From the NCBI GenBank assembly GCA_041661045.1, contig JBAZVE010000001.1, forward strand, positions 600,001 through 632,000: a DNA stretch of 32,000 nucleotides, read 5' to 3'. Origin of the DNA: Candidatus Saccharimonadota bacterium (GTDB taxonomy: Bacteria; Patescibacteriota; Gracilibacteria; UBA1369; 2-02-FULL-48-14). Shown one piece after another: positions 17,056 to 26,072 of the stretch. The first letter of the stretch is position 1. Every line of letters begins with the position of its first letter. The notes under the pieces are model-generated. The model did not search any database and was not told the DNA's origin. It saw only the letters and a program-made list of their open reading frames with translations. Made by a program: the position numbers and the translations under genes.

Positions 17056-17854
17056 TACCATGCCCAAAGCAATGACGATAAAAGAGATCGTTCAGGAGAC
17101 TGAACAGGTTAAGACTTTTGTTTTGGATGGAAGCATTGGGGCCAAGCCCGGGCAATTTGTGAATGTGTGGATTCCACGACTCGATGAAAAACCTTTTTCC
17201 GTGGCTATGGATACTGGCCTGGAATTGCATCTTTCCATCGCGGCGGTTGGGCCTTTTTCGAATGCCATGCATGAACTTAAGGTGGGTGATAAAGTTGGAG
17301 TGCGTGGACCTTTTGGAACCCAGTTTACTTGTGAAAAAGGCCAGCATCTTGCTTTTTTGGCCGGGGGATATGGCGCCGCGCCGCTCTACTTTTTTGCGCA
17401 TCAAGCGGTGGCCAATGCCTGTACGGTAGAATTTATTGTGGGGGCGCGGCGCAAGGATCTGCTGCTCTTCACCGATCGCATCTCAAAACTCAAGGGCGTG
17501 CGACTGCACACCGCCACCAATGACGGCAGTGATGGTTACAGCGGCTTCAATACTGATGTTTTGAAGAAAATTTTGGGGGAGGAGAAAATAGATTGTGTGT
17601 ATACCGTGGGGCCGGAGATCATGATGCTCAAAGGAATGCAAATGGCGGAAGAACTCGGCATTGATGCTCAAATTTCCGTTGAACGGTATATGAAATGCGG
17701 TTTTGGTGTTTGTGGGAACTGTTGTGTGGATGGACTCGGAGTTCCCAGCTGTATTGAGGGCCCCGTGATGCCTTTGGAAAAAGTAAAACAACTCAAGGAT
17801 TTTGGGAATTATCACCGTGACAAACTTGGCAAAAAACAATATTACAATACCTAA
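17042..17854 (+). CDS. pyrK: Dihydroorotate dehydrogenase class 1B electron-transfer subunit (FAD / 2Fe-2S)
   Basis: Ferredoxin-reductase-like fold (GQFVNVWIP...KPFS, LAGGYGAAPL). C-terminal cluster motif CGFGVCGNCC...SC. The start is uncertain: the ORF track uses TTG at 17030, and in-frame ATGs occur at 17042, 17060 and 17072. Confidence 0.88.
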   Translation: MQIINTMPKAMTIKEIVQETEQVKTFVLDGSIGAKPGQFVNVWIPRLDEKPFSVAMDTGLELHLSIAAVGPFSNAMHELKVGDKVGVRGPFGTQFTCEKGQHLAFLAGGYGAAPLYFFAHQAVANACTVEFIVGARRKDLLLFTDRISKLKGVRLHTATNDGSDGYSGFNTDVLKKILGEEKIDCVYTVGPEIMMLKGMQMAEELGIDAQISVERYMKCGFGVCGNCCVDGLGVPSCIEGPVMPLEKVKQLKDFGNYHRDKLGKKQYYNT

Positions 17855-17857
17855 CTC

Positions 17858-18502
17858 ATGGAAAACTACCCTTTGTCCATTGCTCAGGATCTCCTCGCCA
17901 CCGGTGCTTTTAAAATTTCCCTCGACCCTCTTTTCACTTGGACCAGTGGACTCAGATCTCCAGTGTACTGTGACCTGAGAGCGCTTATTTCCAATGTGGA
18001 GGCGAGGAGAAATATCACAGAAGCGTTTCAAAAAATGTACCCCGGTGTTGCTGCCGCTGATGTGATTGCGGGTACTGCCACGGCGGGTATTCCGTGGGCT
18101 GCCTGGCTCGCTGAGGCGCTTGGGAAACCCATGGTTTATATCCGTGGTGCCGCAAAAGAGCATGGGACTAAAAAACGAATTGAAGGGAGTCTGATTCCCG
18201 GCCAAAAAGTTGTTCTTGTGGAAGACCATATTTCCACCGGAGGCAGCAGTATCTCTGCTGTGGAGGCCCTACGAACAGAGGGGCAGGCCCTTGTGGACAC
18301 GATTGTGGCCATCAATACTTATGAACTTCAAAAATCCAAGGACCAATTTGAGGCTGCAGGGTTAACAGTTTTCACCCTCACCAATTTCACGGTCATCCTT
18401 TCTGCGGCTAAAGATCTTGGGCTTATTGATTCCGAGAAGGAGATGATCTTGGCAGATTTTAGGAATGACCCGGCTTCTTGGGCCGAAAAACACGGACTTT
18501 AA
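17858..18502 (+). CDS. pyrE: Orotate phosphoribosyltransferase
   Basis: 214 aa. PRPP-binding loop VVLVEDHISTGGS. SGLRSPVYCDLR near the N-terminus. Confidence 0.92.
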   Translation: MENYPLSIAQDLLATGAFKISLDPLFTWTSGLRSPVYCDLRALISNVEARRNITEAFQKMYPGVAAADVIAGTATAGIPWAAWLAEALGKPMVYIRGAAKEHGTKKRIEGSLIPGQKVVLVEDHISTGGSSISAVEALRTEGQALVDTIVAINTYELQKSKDQFEAAGLTVFTLTNFTVILSAAKDLGLIDSEKEMILADFRNDPASWAEKHGL

Positions 18503-18511
18503 CCCCTTTTT

Positions 18512-19438
18512 ATGCATTTCGCTGACAGACTCACCGCCGCTATAAAAGAAAAAAATAGTGTCATTTGTGTGGGCTTAGACCCTCAGGCCAATAAAATTCC
18601 CGCCTTTTTGCTCAAACAAGCGTTGGAAGAATATGGGCAGACTTTTGAGGCTTTGGCTCATGCGTATTTAGAATTCAATAAAGGAATTATCGATTCGGTT
18701 AAGGATTTGGTCCCTGCGGTGAAGCCTCAAATCGCTTTTTATGAAGAACTGGGACACCATGGAATTTGGGCTTTTGAAGAAACCTGTAAATATGCGCGCG
18801 CGGCCGGTCTTTTGGTGATTGCCGATGGAAAGCGAAATGATATCGGTTCTACGGCAGAGGCGTATGCGAATGCCTTTTTGGGGGGAACTGAGGTGTTTGG
18901 AGTGAAGCTTATGGCAAATGCCGTGGATGCGCTTACCGTGAACGCTTACCTTGGCTTAGATGGAATTCGGCCCTTTTTAAAAGCTTGCGAGACCGAAGGG
19001 AAGGGTATTTTTATTCTTGTCCGCACCTCCAATCCGTCTTCGGGAGACTTGCAGGATCGGGTGACGGTGGATGAGCAAATGAGCATTGCCGAATTGATGG
19101 GACACTTTGTGGAGGCATGGGGAGATGATTCCGTTGGAGAGTGTGGGTATAATTTTGTGGGGGCCGTGGTTGGTGCCACTTATCCCGCCGAGGCAGCCAA
19201 ACTTCGTAAAATCATGCCTAAAACGCTCTTTTTGGTGCCGGGCTATGGGGCTCAGGGAGGAACGGCGGCGGACACAAAAGCTTGCTTTGATGAAAAGGGT
19301 CTAGGAGCTTTGATTGTGAGTGCCCGTGGAATTATTTATGCCTATGCAGAATCTGGTGATAAGGACGGGAAGAACTTTGGAGAAGCGGCTCGAGCGGCGG
19401 CTGTGAAGATGAATGAAGAGCTCAACCAAGTTCGTTGA
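18512..19438 (+). CDS. pyrF: Orotidine-5'-phosphate decarboxylase (long, type 2 form)
   Basis: 308 aa. VGLDP, ADGKRNDIGSTAEAY, PGYGAQGG. Confidence 0.9.
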   Translation: MHFADRLTAAIKEKNSVICVGLDPQANKIPAFLLKQALEEYGQTFEALAHAYLEFNKGIIDSVKDLVPAVKPQIAFYEELGHHGIWAFEETCKYARAAGLLVIADGKRNDIGSTAEAYANAFLGGTEVFGVKLMANAVDALTVNAYLGLDGIRPFLKACETEGKGIFILVRTSNPSSGDLQDRVTVDEQMSIAELMGHFVEAWGDDSVGECGYNFVGAVVGATYPAEAAKLRKIMPKTLFLVPGYGAQGGTAADTKACFDEKGLGALIVSARGIIYAYAESGDKDGKNFGEAARAAAVKMNEELNQVR

Positions 19439-20201
19439 ATAGCTTTTGCCACTCTTCCATATTTAGATCCTCTGCGCGGATGTCCGGATTGATCTGAAGG
19501 GAGGTCAAGAGTTCGCGGATTTCGGGTGCCGGTTTTCGGAGGGCGCTGGAAAGGTTGTTGGTGAGTTTTTTGCGTTTTTGGGCGAAGCTGATGTGAAAAA
19601 GCCAGAACAGTTTTTTAAGGTCCCCTTTAATCTTAGGCTCTTTGTTCACGCGAATTTTAATCACCGCGGAATCCACCTGAGGGATTGGTCTAAACGCTTG
19701 TTTGGGTACGGGGCAAACCAGTTCAGGGTCTCCAAACAAATGTACTTGCAGGGAAAGCACCGAATGCTTCCCTTTCTTTGCGATGATTTTTTCAGCTACT
19801 TCTTTTTGTACCATGACCACCAAAAGAGCGGGTGGATTTCCCCCGGTGAATTGTTCCACCAAAAAATGATTGAGAAGAGGCGAGGTGATGTAATAAGGGA
19901 TATTGGCCACCAATTTATAGGTCTCAGTGGGAGGGGTGAACTTGAGGGCATCTCCATGGACGAGTGTGAAGTTTTTGTGGGTGAGGTAGCCCGCCTTGAG
20001 TCCGGGCAGGAGATCTTCATCCAACTCCACGGCAATGATATGCCCCGCCTTTTTCACCAGTTCATCGGTGAGGAATCCACGGCCGGGGCCTATCTCCACC
20101 ACGGTGTCTTTTTCACTCAATTCACCGGCTTCAATGATTTTGCTCAAGACCCCTAAATCGTGGAGAAAGTTTTGTCCGAGTCTTTTTTTTGCGTGCATCA
20201 C
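19422..20201 (-). CDS. rsmA: 16S rRNA (adenine1518/1519-N6)-dimethyltransferase
   Basis: KKRLGQNFLHD, VVEIGPGRGFLT, VANIPYYITSP. The start is either GTG at 20201 or the adjacent ATG at 20198; both overlap the DUF167 stop codon. Confidence 0.93.
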   Translation of the reverse strand: MMHAKKRLGQNFLHDLGVLSKIIEAGELSEKDTVVEIGPGRGFLTDELVKKAGHIIAVELDEDLLPGLKAGYLTHKNFTLVHGDALKFTPPTETYKLVANIPYYITSPLLNHFLVEQFTGGNPPALLVVMVQKEVAEKIIAKKGKHSVLSLQVHLFGDPELVCPVPKQAFRPIPQVDSAVIKIRVNKEPKIKGDLKKLFWLFHISFAQKRKKLTNNLSSALRKPAPEIRELLTSLQINPDIRAEDLNMEEWQKLFNELG

Positions 20202-20440
20202 CAGGGAAGGGTTACGGAGTCCGGGATTCTAACGAGTTTTCTGGCATCGGTAAAGCCGCTTACGATTTCAATATCTTCTTTCTGGGCATGCAGAGACTCT
20301 GCCAGAAAAGAAAGAAGCACTTCATTGGCACGACCTCTCTCCGGCACTGCCTTGAGGCGAATTTTAAATGAGCCATTGCTCATTCTTTCGACGAATTCCG
20401 TTTTTTTTGCACGGGTGATTACTTTTATAGGGAGGATCAT
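20198..20440 (-). CDS. DUF167 (YggU-like) small protein
   Basis: 80 aa from the ATG at 20440 (MILPIKVITRAKKTEF...). KIRLKAVPERGRANEVLLSFLAESL...IEIVSGFTDARKLVRI matches the DUF167 pattern. The longer ORF-track start at 20518 would overlap the ATPase by 82 nt and is rejected. Confidence 0.75.
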   Translation of the reverse strand: MILPIKVITRAKKTEFVERMSNGSFKIRLKAVPERGRANEVLLSFLAESLHAQKEDIEIVSGFTDARKLVRIPDSVTLPW

Positions 20441-23061
20441 ATATGGGTGGATTTTGGACGAGAAAGTTTCCAAACTTCGAGTATGGTTACGGCGCCCATG
20501 CAGAGTCCAACCATCCAAACCCAGTCACTTTTTGAGAGTGGCTCCGTTTCTAAAATCTTTTGCATAAAAGGTGTGTAGATGGCCATGAGCTGAAGGCTCA
20601 AGCTCAGCACCACGCTGAAAAGCAGCAGTTTGTTTTTAAAGAATGCGGTAAAGAAATGCTTATCGCTGAAGCGCACCGAGAACACCAAGAACAGTTCAAA
20701 AATCACGATGGTGGTGAATGCGATCGTACGGGTTCTCTCGATGCTGTATTCATTCACGACGCGGAAATAGAGGAAAATGGACACGAGCGCGGAAAGGATT
20801 CCCGCCAGGAGACTGAAGCTTATGAGCTCTTTGAAAATACTTTGTTTGGGGTCCCGTGGCTTTAAGGTCATAATATTTTTTTCCGCGGTGTCCGTACCCA
20901 GAGCAATGGCCGGCAAAGCTTCTGTAACAAGGTTAACCCATAAGACTTGCAGAGGCAGAAAGGGAAGTGGAAACCCCAGTAAGAAAACGACGCTTACCAA
21001 AATCACCTCATCAAAGTTTGCGACGAGCAAAAAGCGAATAAACTTTTTGATATTGAGGTAAATGGTCCGGCCACTTTCTATGGCCCCAACGATGGTGGCG
21101 AAATTATCATCCATAAGGACCATGTCGCTGGCTTCTTTGGAGACATCCGTTCCGGTGATTCCCATGGCTACGCCGATGTCCGCTCCCTTGAGAGCGGGTG
21201 CGTCGTTGACGCCATCTCCCGTCATAGAAACTGTGTGCCCCTTGCTTTGCAGAGCTTTTAGAATTTTAACTTTATCGCTGGGATTCACTCGAGCGTAAAT
21301 GCTCACTTTTTCCACCACGCTGCAGAGTTTGGCGAAGCTCATTTGTTCCAGTTCCGTGCCCGTTAAAACCAAATCTCCGTCATTGTAGAGTCCAATTTGT
21401 TTCCCGATTGCGGTGGCCGTAAGGGCATGATCTCCGGTGATCATCACCGTTCGGATGTGCGCTTGTTTACAGATTTGAATGGCGTCTTTCACCTCAGGGC
21501 GAGGGGGGTCTATCATGGCAGCCAGTCCTAGGAAAATCATATTCTCTTCTTTTAAATCACCCCCACTTTGCTTCGGCGGCTTGTAGGCAAAACCCAAAAC
21601 GCGATAGGCTTTTTTCGCCAAATCTTCATTGGCTTTGAGTAGTTCTTTTTTCTTTGCAGGACTGAGTTTAATGATTTTCCCTTCGACTTGAATATGGCTA
21701 CAAATCTTAAGGATTTCATCCGGAGCCCCCTTTGTGTACAGGACGCCTTTGTTTAGGGTGGACATGCGCTTACGGTTGGAATCAAAAACCAATTCTGTTT
21801 CACGGGGGAATTTTTTATTTAGGCTGACGGCTTCCATCCCTGCCTTCCTCGCCAAGGTGAGCAGAGCCCCCTCAGTGGGATCTCCTCCTATGTTCCATCG
21901 ATTTCCATTTTGGAAAAGTGATGCATTGTTGCACAGAGCGGCGGTTTTGATGAGGAGCTCAAGCTCGTCGTCTTCCACTGGAATTTTTTCGTCAGGACTG
22001 TAGCCGATGCCCGGGATTTCAATGGTTCGATTGTTGACCCAGAGCACCTTTACTGTCATTTCATTTTGAGTGAGGGTTCCGGTTTTATCTGTACAAATGA
22101 CACTCACGCTGCCCAAGGCTTCTGCAGCGGCCAGTTTACGGATAATGGCGTTTTGCTTTGCAATCCGTTGCACGCCCAAGGCTAGGGTTAAAGTGATTAC
22201 AGTGGGTAGACCCTCCGGTATGATGCTTACCGCCAGGCTTACACTGAGCAAGAAAACTTCAAGCAAATTGCTGCCTCTCAGCAATGAAAGCAAAAACATT
22301 CCCACTGCAATGGATAGCACTAAAATGGCCAGTATTTTACTGAGGCGGCCCATTTGTTTCTGTAATGGGGTTGCTTCACTTTTCGCCACTTGAACCATGT
22401 GTGCTATTTTTCCAAACTCCGTCTGCATACCCGTTGCAACCACCACTCCAAGCCCATGACCTTGGCTCACCACCGTTCCCAAAAAGGCCATATTTTTAAG
22501 ATCTCCAAGCCCGTTGATCTTTTTACTTAGGGTTAAGGATTTTTCGATGGGTAAACTTTCTCCGGTTAGACTGGATTCTATAGTGTAGAGTTGAGCCAAG
22601 TCGATTAAGCGAAGATCGGCCGGAATTTGCTCACCCTCCTCCAAAACAACGATATCTCCTGGGACCAAGTCGTGTGCGGCTATTTTTTGTACTTCACCTT
22701 CACGGCGAACCAATGCATAGGGGGCGGTCATTTTTCGTAAAGCTTCAATTGCTTTTTCCGCTTTATACTCTTGAATAAAACCCACGGTGGCGTTGATCAA
22801 AATGACGAATCCTATGGCGAGAGCATTCAACGATTCTCCTATGATGAAGCTCACACTCATGGCCGCAATTAAAATCAGCACCAGTATATTGATGAACTGG
22901 CTTAGCAAAATGGTCGTCCATTTCACTCCACCTTTCTCTTTAATCTCGTTCGCTCCATACTGTTTTAAACGAGCTCGTGCTTCAGCGGAGCTGAGTCCTT
23001 TTTCAGAGCTCTTCAATTCCTTCAAAACAGTGGGGATGGAGGCCGTTGACCAATCGTTCAT
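20437..23061 (-). CDS. P-type ATPase, P2A (Ca2+/SERCA-PMCA-like) cation pump
   Basis: TGES; CTDKTGTLTQNEM; MITGDH; MTGDGVNDAPALK. M4 is IIPEGLP, M5 is ANFDEV, M6 is LWVNLVTEALPA. N-terminal Cation_ATPase_N-like VLKELKSSEKGLSSAEARARLKQYGANE. I prefer the ATG at 23061 (an ATGA overlap with the trmD stop) over the TTG at 23091. Confidence 0.9.
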   Translation of the reverse strand: MNDWSTASIPTVLKELKSSEKGLSSAEARARLKQYGANEIKEKGGVKWTTILLSQFINILVLILIAAMSVSFIIGESLNALAIGFVILINATVGFIQEYKAEKAIEALRKMTAPYALVRREGEVQKIAAHDLVPGDIVVLEEGEQIPADLRLIDLAQLYTIESSLTGESLPIEKSLTLSKKINGLGDLKNMAFLGTVVSQGHGLGVVVATGMQTEFGKIAHMVQVAKSEATPLQKQMGRLSKILAILVLSIAVGMFLLSLLRGSNLLEVFLLSVSLAVSIIPEGLPTVITLTLALGVQRIAKQNAIIRKLAAAEALGSVSVICTDKTGTLTQNEMTVKVLWVNNRTIEIPGIGYSPDEKIPVEDDELELLIKTAALCNNASLFQNGNRWNIGGDPTEGALLTLARKAGMEAVSLNKKFPRETELVFDSNRKRMSTLNKGVLYTKGAPDEILKICSHIQVEGKIIKLSPAKKKELLKANEDLAKKAYRVLGFAYKPPKQSGGDLKEENMIFLGLAAMIDPPRPEVKDAIQICKQAHIRTVMITGDHALTATAIGKQIGLYNDGDLVLTGTELEQMSFAKLCSVVEKVSIYARVNPSDKVKILKALQSKGHTVSMTGDGVNDAPALKGADIGVAMGITGTDVSKEASDMVLMDDNFATIVGAIESGRTIYLNIKKFIRFLLVANFDEVILVSVVFLLGFPLPFLPLQVLWVNLVTEALPAIALGTDTAEKNIMTLKPRDPKQSIFKELISFSLLAGILSALVSIFLYFRVVNEYSIERTRTIAFTTIVIFELFLVFSVRFSDKHFFTAFFKNKLLLFSVVLSLSLQLMAIYTPFMQKILETEPLSKSDWVWMVGLCMGAVTILEVWKLSRPKSTHI

Positions 23062-23711
23062 AAAGGTTTTTTGAGTTTGCTGTTGCGCCAACGGGCAATC
23101 TCTCCGTGATTTCCGGACATCAATACTTCGGGTACCTTTAAGCCTTCGTAGTCAGCCGGCTTGGTGTAATGGGGGTATTCGAGCATACGGCCGGTTGCCA
23201 GGCTAAAAGATTCTTCTTGAGCACTTTCCTCATCCCCCAAAACTCCCGGGATCAAGCGGCTCACGCTGTCCACAATGCAGAGAGCCGGCAATTCACCTCC
23301 GGTAAGTACAAAATCGCCCACGGAAATCTCTTCATCCACGAGTTCCTCTATCACCCTTTGGTCAATTCCTTCGTAGCGGCCGCAGAGCAGTATCATTTCC
23401 TTCAATTCGGCCAGTTCTTCCACTTTTTCTTGGGTTAATCGTTTCCCCACGGGTGAAAGGTAGATCACAGGCCCTTTATTCGTCTTTTTAACGGCTTTTA
23501 TGGCGTCAAAGAGGGGTTGGCAGCTCATCACCATGCCCGCCCCGCCTCCGTATGGTGTATCGTCCACTTTTTTATGCTTATCCTTACTGAATTCACGAAT
23601 ATTGTGCACGGCCACCTCGATTTTTTTGCTCTGAATGGCCCTTTGCAAAATAGAGTCCTCAAAATAGGGGAGGACTAGCGACGGGAATAGAGTGAGGATG
23701 TCGAAGCGCAT
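23058..23711 (-). CDS. trmD: tRNA (guanine37-N1)-methyltransferase
   Basis: 217 aa. MRFDILTLFP, DDTPYGGGAGMVM, CGRYEGIDQRV, SGNHGEIARWR. Confidence 0.95.
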   Translation of the reverse strand: MRFDILTLFPSLVLPYFEDSILQRAIQSKKIEVAVHNIREFSKDKHKKVDDTPYGGGAGMVMSCQPLFDAIKAVKKTNKGPVIYLSPVGKRLTQEKVEELAELKEMILLCGRYEGIDQRVIEELVDEEISVGDFVLTGGELPALCIVDSVSRLIPGVLGDEESAQEESFSLATGRMLEYPHYTKPADYEGLKVPEVLMSGNHGEIARWRNSKLKKPL

Positions 23712-23777
23712 GCGTTCATATTACAGAACTCACGACAAAAGGGAACAGAGACAGGGAGACTGTGCTTCGCCCAGGGT

Positions 23778-24188
23778 TTATCGTTTGCTGAACTGTGGAG
23801 CGCGACGAGCCTTGTGGAGACCGAATTTCTTTCGTTCTTTGATACGGCTGTCACGGGTGAGGTAGCCTTCCGGTTTGAGTCGTGCACGATTTTCGGAATC
23901 TACTTCGAGCATGGCCTTGGCGATTCCGTGGCGGAGTGCATCGGCTTGCCCGTGTTTTCCTCCACCTTCTACAATTGCGGAAATATCATAATTTTTCTCT
24001 ACACCCAAGAGGACGAGAGGTGCCATGAACACATTCACGCTTTCATCGGTTCCAAAGTATTCTCGTGCATCCATTCCATTCACCACCACTCGTCCATTTC
24101 CTTTGTATAAACGAACTCGGGCAACGGCAGATTTTCGCTTTCCGTTTGCGTAGAAGTAAGTTCCGGTGAATGTCATTGCGTCAGCCAT
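23778..24188 (-). CDS. rpsI: 30S ribosomal protein S9
   Basis: 136 aa. GKRKSAVARV...GGG..GQA.A.RHGIA.AL...TRD.R..ERKK.G..KARRAPQFSKR. Confidence 0.97.
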   Translation of the reverse strand: MADAMTFTGTYFYANGKRKSAVARVRLYKGNGRVVVNGMDAREYFGTDESVNVFMAPLVLLGVEKNYDISAIVEGGGKHGQADALRHGIAKAMLEVDSENRARLKPEGYLTRDSRIKERKKFGLHKARRAPQFSKR

Positions 24189-24192
24189 TTTA

Positions 24193-24633
24193 CTAGATCG
24201 TTAGAGGTTTAGGGTTTTGTCCGTTGTGTGGATGCTCGCTTCCGGCATACACATGGAGTTTTTCGAGAGCAAATTGACGGATTCTATTTCGTGGGATCAT
24301 TCCTGTTACGGCAAGCTCGATCATTTTCTCAGGTTTTTCTGTGCGCATTTTTCCGGCCGCCTTAACTTTGAGTCCTCCGCGGTAACCCGTGTGGGTGATG
24401 TACTCCTTGTTTGCTTCTTTAGCTCCGGTCAAAACCACTTTGTCGGCATTGATCACAACCACATGGTCCCCACAGTTTAAAGAGGGATGCCAAAGAGGTT
24501 TGTGTTTTCCACGAACCACATCCGCCAATTTAGTGGCGACTTGTCCGAGTACTTTTCCTTCCGCATCAAGGATGAACCACTTTTCAGTGGCGTTCATTTC
24601 CTTTGATTTTGGGTGTGTAGTGGTTTGTCTCAT
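24193..24633 (-). CDS. rplM: 50S ribosomal protein L13
   Basis: 146 aa. WFILDAEGKVLGQVATKLADVVRGKHKP...GDHVVVINADKV. Confidence 0.97.
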   Translation of the reverse strand: MRQTTTHPKSKEMNATEKWFILDAEGKVLGQVATKLADVVRGKHKPLWHPSLNCGDHVVVINADKVVLTGAKEANKEYITHTGYRGGLKVKAAGKMRTEKPEKMIELAVTGMIPRNRIRQFALEKLHVYAGSEHPHNGQNPKPLTI

Positions 24634-24641
24634 AAAATAGT

Positions 24642-25034
24642 TTATTTTTTACTCTTTTTAACAGGAGCAGGCTCGGCTTCGCCGAGTAGTTGAATAGATA
24701 CCATTTCTGCCGCATCTCCCGCTCGGTAACCGAGTTTTACGATACGAGTGTAACCTCCGTTACGGTCCTTGTAGCGCTCTTTGAGCACTTCGAGGAGCTT
24801 CTTTCCGGCATTTGGATCTTGAACGATCCGATCAATTTGACGAATCGCTGCTACGGGAGTCTTGGTTTTAGCCTTGGTGATCAGACCTTCCACGATGGGA
24901 CGCACTTGTTTAGCACGGGCCACGGTGGTCTTTACTTTTTCGAACAGGATTACAGAGGTGGCCAGGTTACGAAGCAGCGCTTCGCGGTGGTCCCGTTGCA
25001 TGTTCAGTTTGAGATTTTTCTTTCCGTGTCGCAT
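24642..25034 (-). CDS. rplQ: 50S ribosomal protein L17
   Basis: 130 aa. MRHGKK..KLN....HREALLRNLATSVI..EK..TT.ARAK..RP..E.LIT.AK. Follows rpoA. Confidence 0.96.
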   Translation of the reverse strand: MRHGKKNLKLNMQRDHREALLRNLATSVILFEKVKTTVARAKQVRPIVEGLITKAKTKTPVAAIRQIDRIVQDPNAGKKLLEVLKERYKDRNGGYTRIVKLGYRAGDAAEMVSIQLLGEAEPAPVKKSKK

Positions 25035-25068
25035 AGTTTAAATTGCTGGGCGATGAATGCTAAATCAA

Positions 25069-26049
25069 TTATTCCTCAAGAGCAAGTGCAAATCCGCGTT
25101 TTTCGAGGGCTTCGGCCACTTCCGTGAGGGCTTTCTTCCCAAAACCGCGTAGATTTGCCAGTTTGGCCTCTGAAGCCTTGGTCAATTCCTCAATAGATCC
25201 AATGCCACCATTGATGAGTGCATTGAGTGTTCTTGGAGAGAGGCCCAGGATTTCAATTGGAGTGTAGGACTGTTGTTGAGGCTTGGCACTGTCTTCTTCA
25301 GCCTTTGCCTTTGCAGCGATCTTTTCAAAATCACTCATGAATTCGGGTTCTACAGGCTCTTGGTTGCGGTTGAAGAGGTTGAAGTATGACTCCAACACGC
25401 CTCCCGCAAACTTCAGTGCCTCGTCCGGAGTGAGTGAACCATTGGTCTTCACCTCCAAAATAAGTTTGTCGAGATCTGTTTTTTGACCCACACGAGTGGA
25501 TTCAATCGTGTAGTGAATTCTCTTAAGAGGGGAGAATGCGGCATCGATCTCGATCATTTCTGCATCTCCATCTTTGGTGTCTCCAATCAAAGCGGCGCGG
25601 TATCCCACTCCTTTTTCGATTCGGATTTCCATATCGAGCACACCGCCCTTATCGAGGGTGGTGATGTAAAGATCCGGATTGTGAACCTTAACTCCGGAAG
25701 GAAGATCAATGTCTCCGGCGGTCACCACTCCCGCTTGCTTAACCTTCAAAGAAATCAAACGCGTCTCGCTGCCATCCATACTCACCGCCAATTGCTTGAG
25801 GTTGAGCATAATGTCCAGAACGCTGTCTTTTAGACCTTTAACCACGGTGTATTCGTGGGTAATACCTTTGATTTTAATACCTGTAACAGCAGTTCCGGGC
25901 AGGGAAGAAAGCATCGTCCTTCTCAAACTGTTTCCCAGCGTAGTCCCATAACCTTGCGGAAGTGGACTGATGGTGAAAGAGAAGTGGAAATCCCCCATTT
26001 TCTGTTCAGAAATTTTTGGGAGACCGATTTCTTCTTGGATGATATGCAT
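25069..26049 (-). CDS. rpoA: DNA-directed RNA polymerase subunit alpha
   Basis: 326 aa. GYGTTLGNSLRRTMLSSLPG in the N-terminal domain. C-terminal domain IEILGLSPRTLNALINGGI. Confidence 0.97.
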   Translation of the reverse strand: MHIIQEEIGLPKISEQKMGDFHFSFTISPLPQGYGTTLGNSLRRTMLSSLPGTAVTGIKIKGITHEYTVVKGLKDSVLDIMLNLKQLAVSMDGSETRLISLKVKQAGVVTAGDIDLPSGVKVHNPDLYITTLDKGGVLDMEIRIEKGVGYRAALIGDTKDGDAEMIEIDAAFSPLKRIHYTIESTRVGQKTDLDKLILEVKTNGSLTPDEALKFAGGVLESYFNLFNRNQEPVEPEFMSDFEKIAAKAKAEEDSAKPQQQSYTPIEILGLSPRTLNALINGGIGSIEELTKASEAKLANLRGFGKKALTEVAEALEKRGFALALEE

Positions 26050-26072
26050 ATCAAGAAGGTTAAGGTTATGGA

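Noticed and set aside
20183-20190. A8/T8 homopolymers inside rsmA (20183-20190) and DUF167 (20401-20408), considered as additional frameshift sites.
   Set aside because: Both encode in-frame Lys-Lys within proteins that continue to match their families on both sides. There is no alternative-frame ORF continuity as seen at the A9 of 29464-29472.
20160-20567. A 135-aa plus-strand ORF and a 60-aa ORF (20189-20371) opposite the DUF167 gene and the ATPase 3' end.
   Set aside because: The minus strand here encodes a well-matching DUF167 protein, coupled by overlapping stop/start codons to its neighbours. The plus-strand translation has no motif and no promoter or start context.
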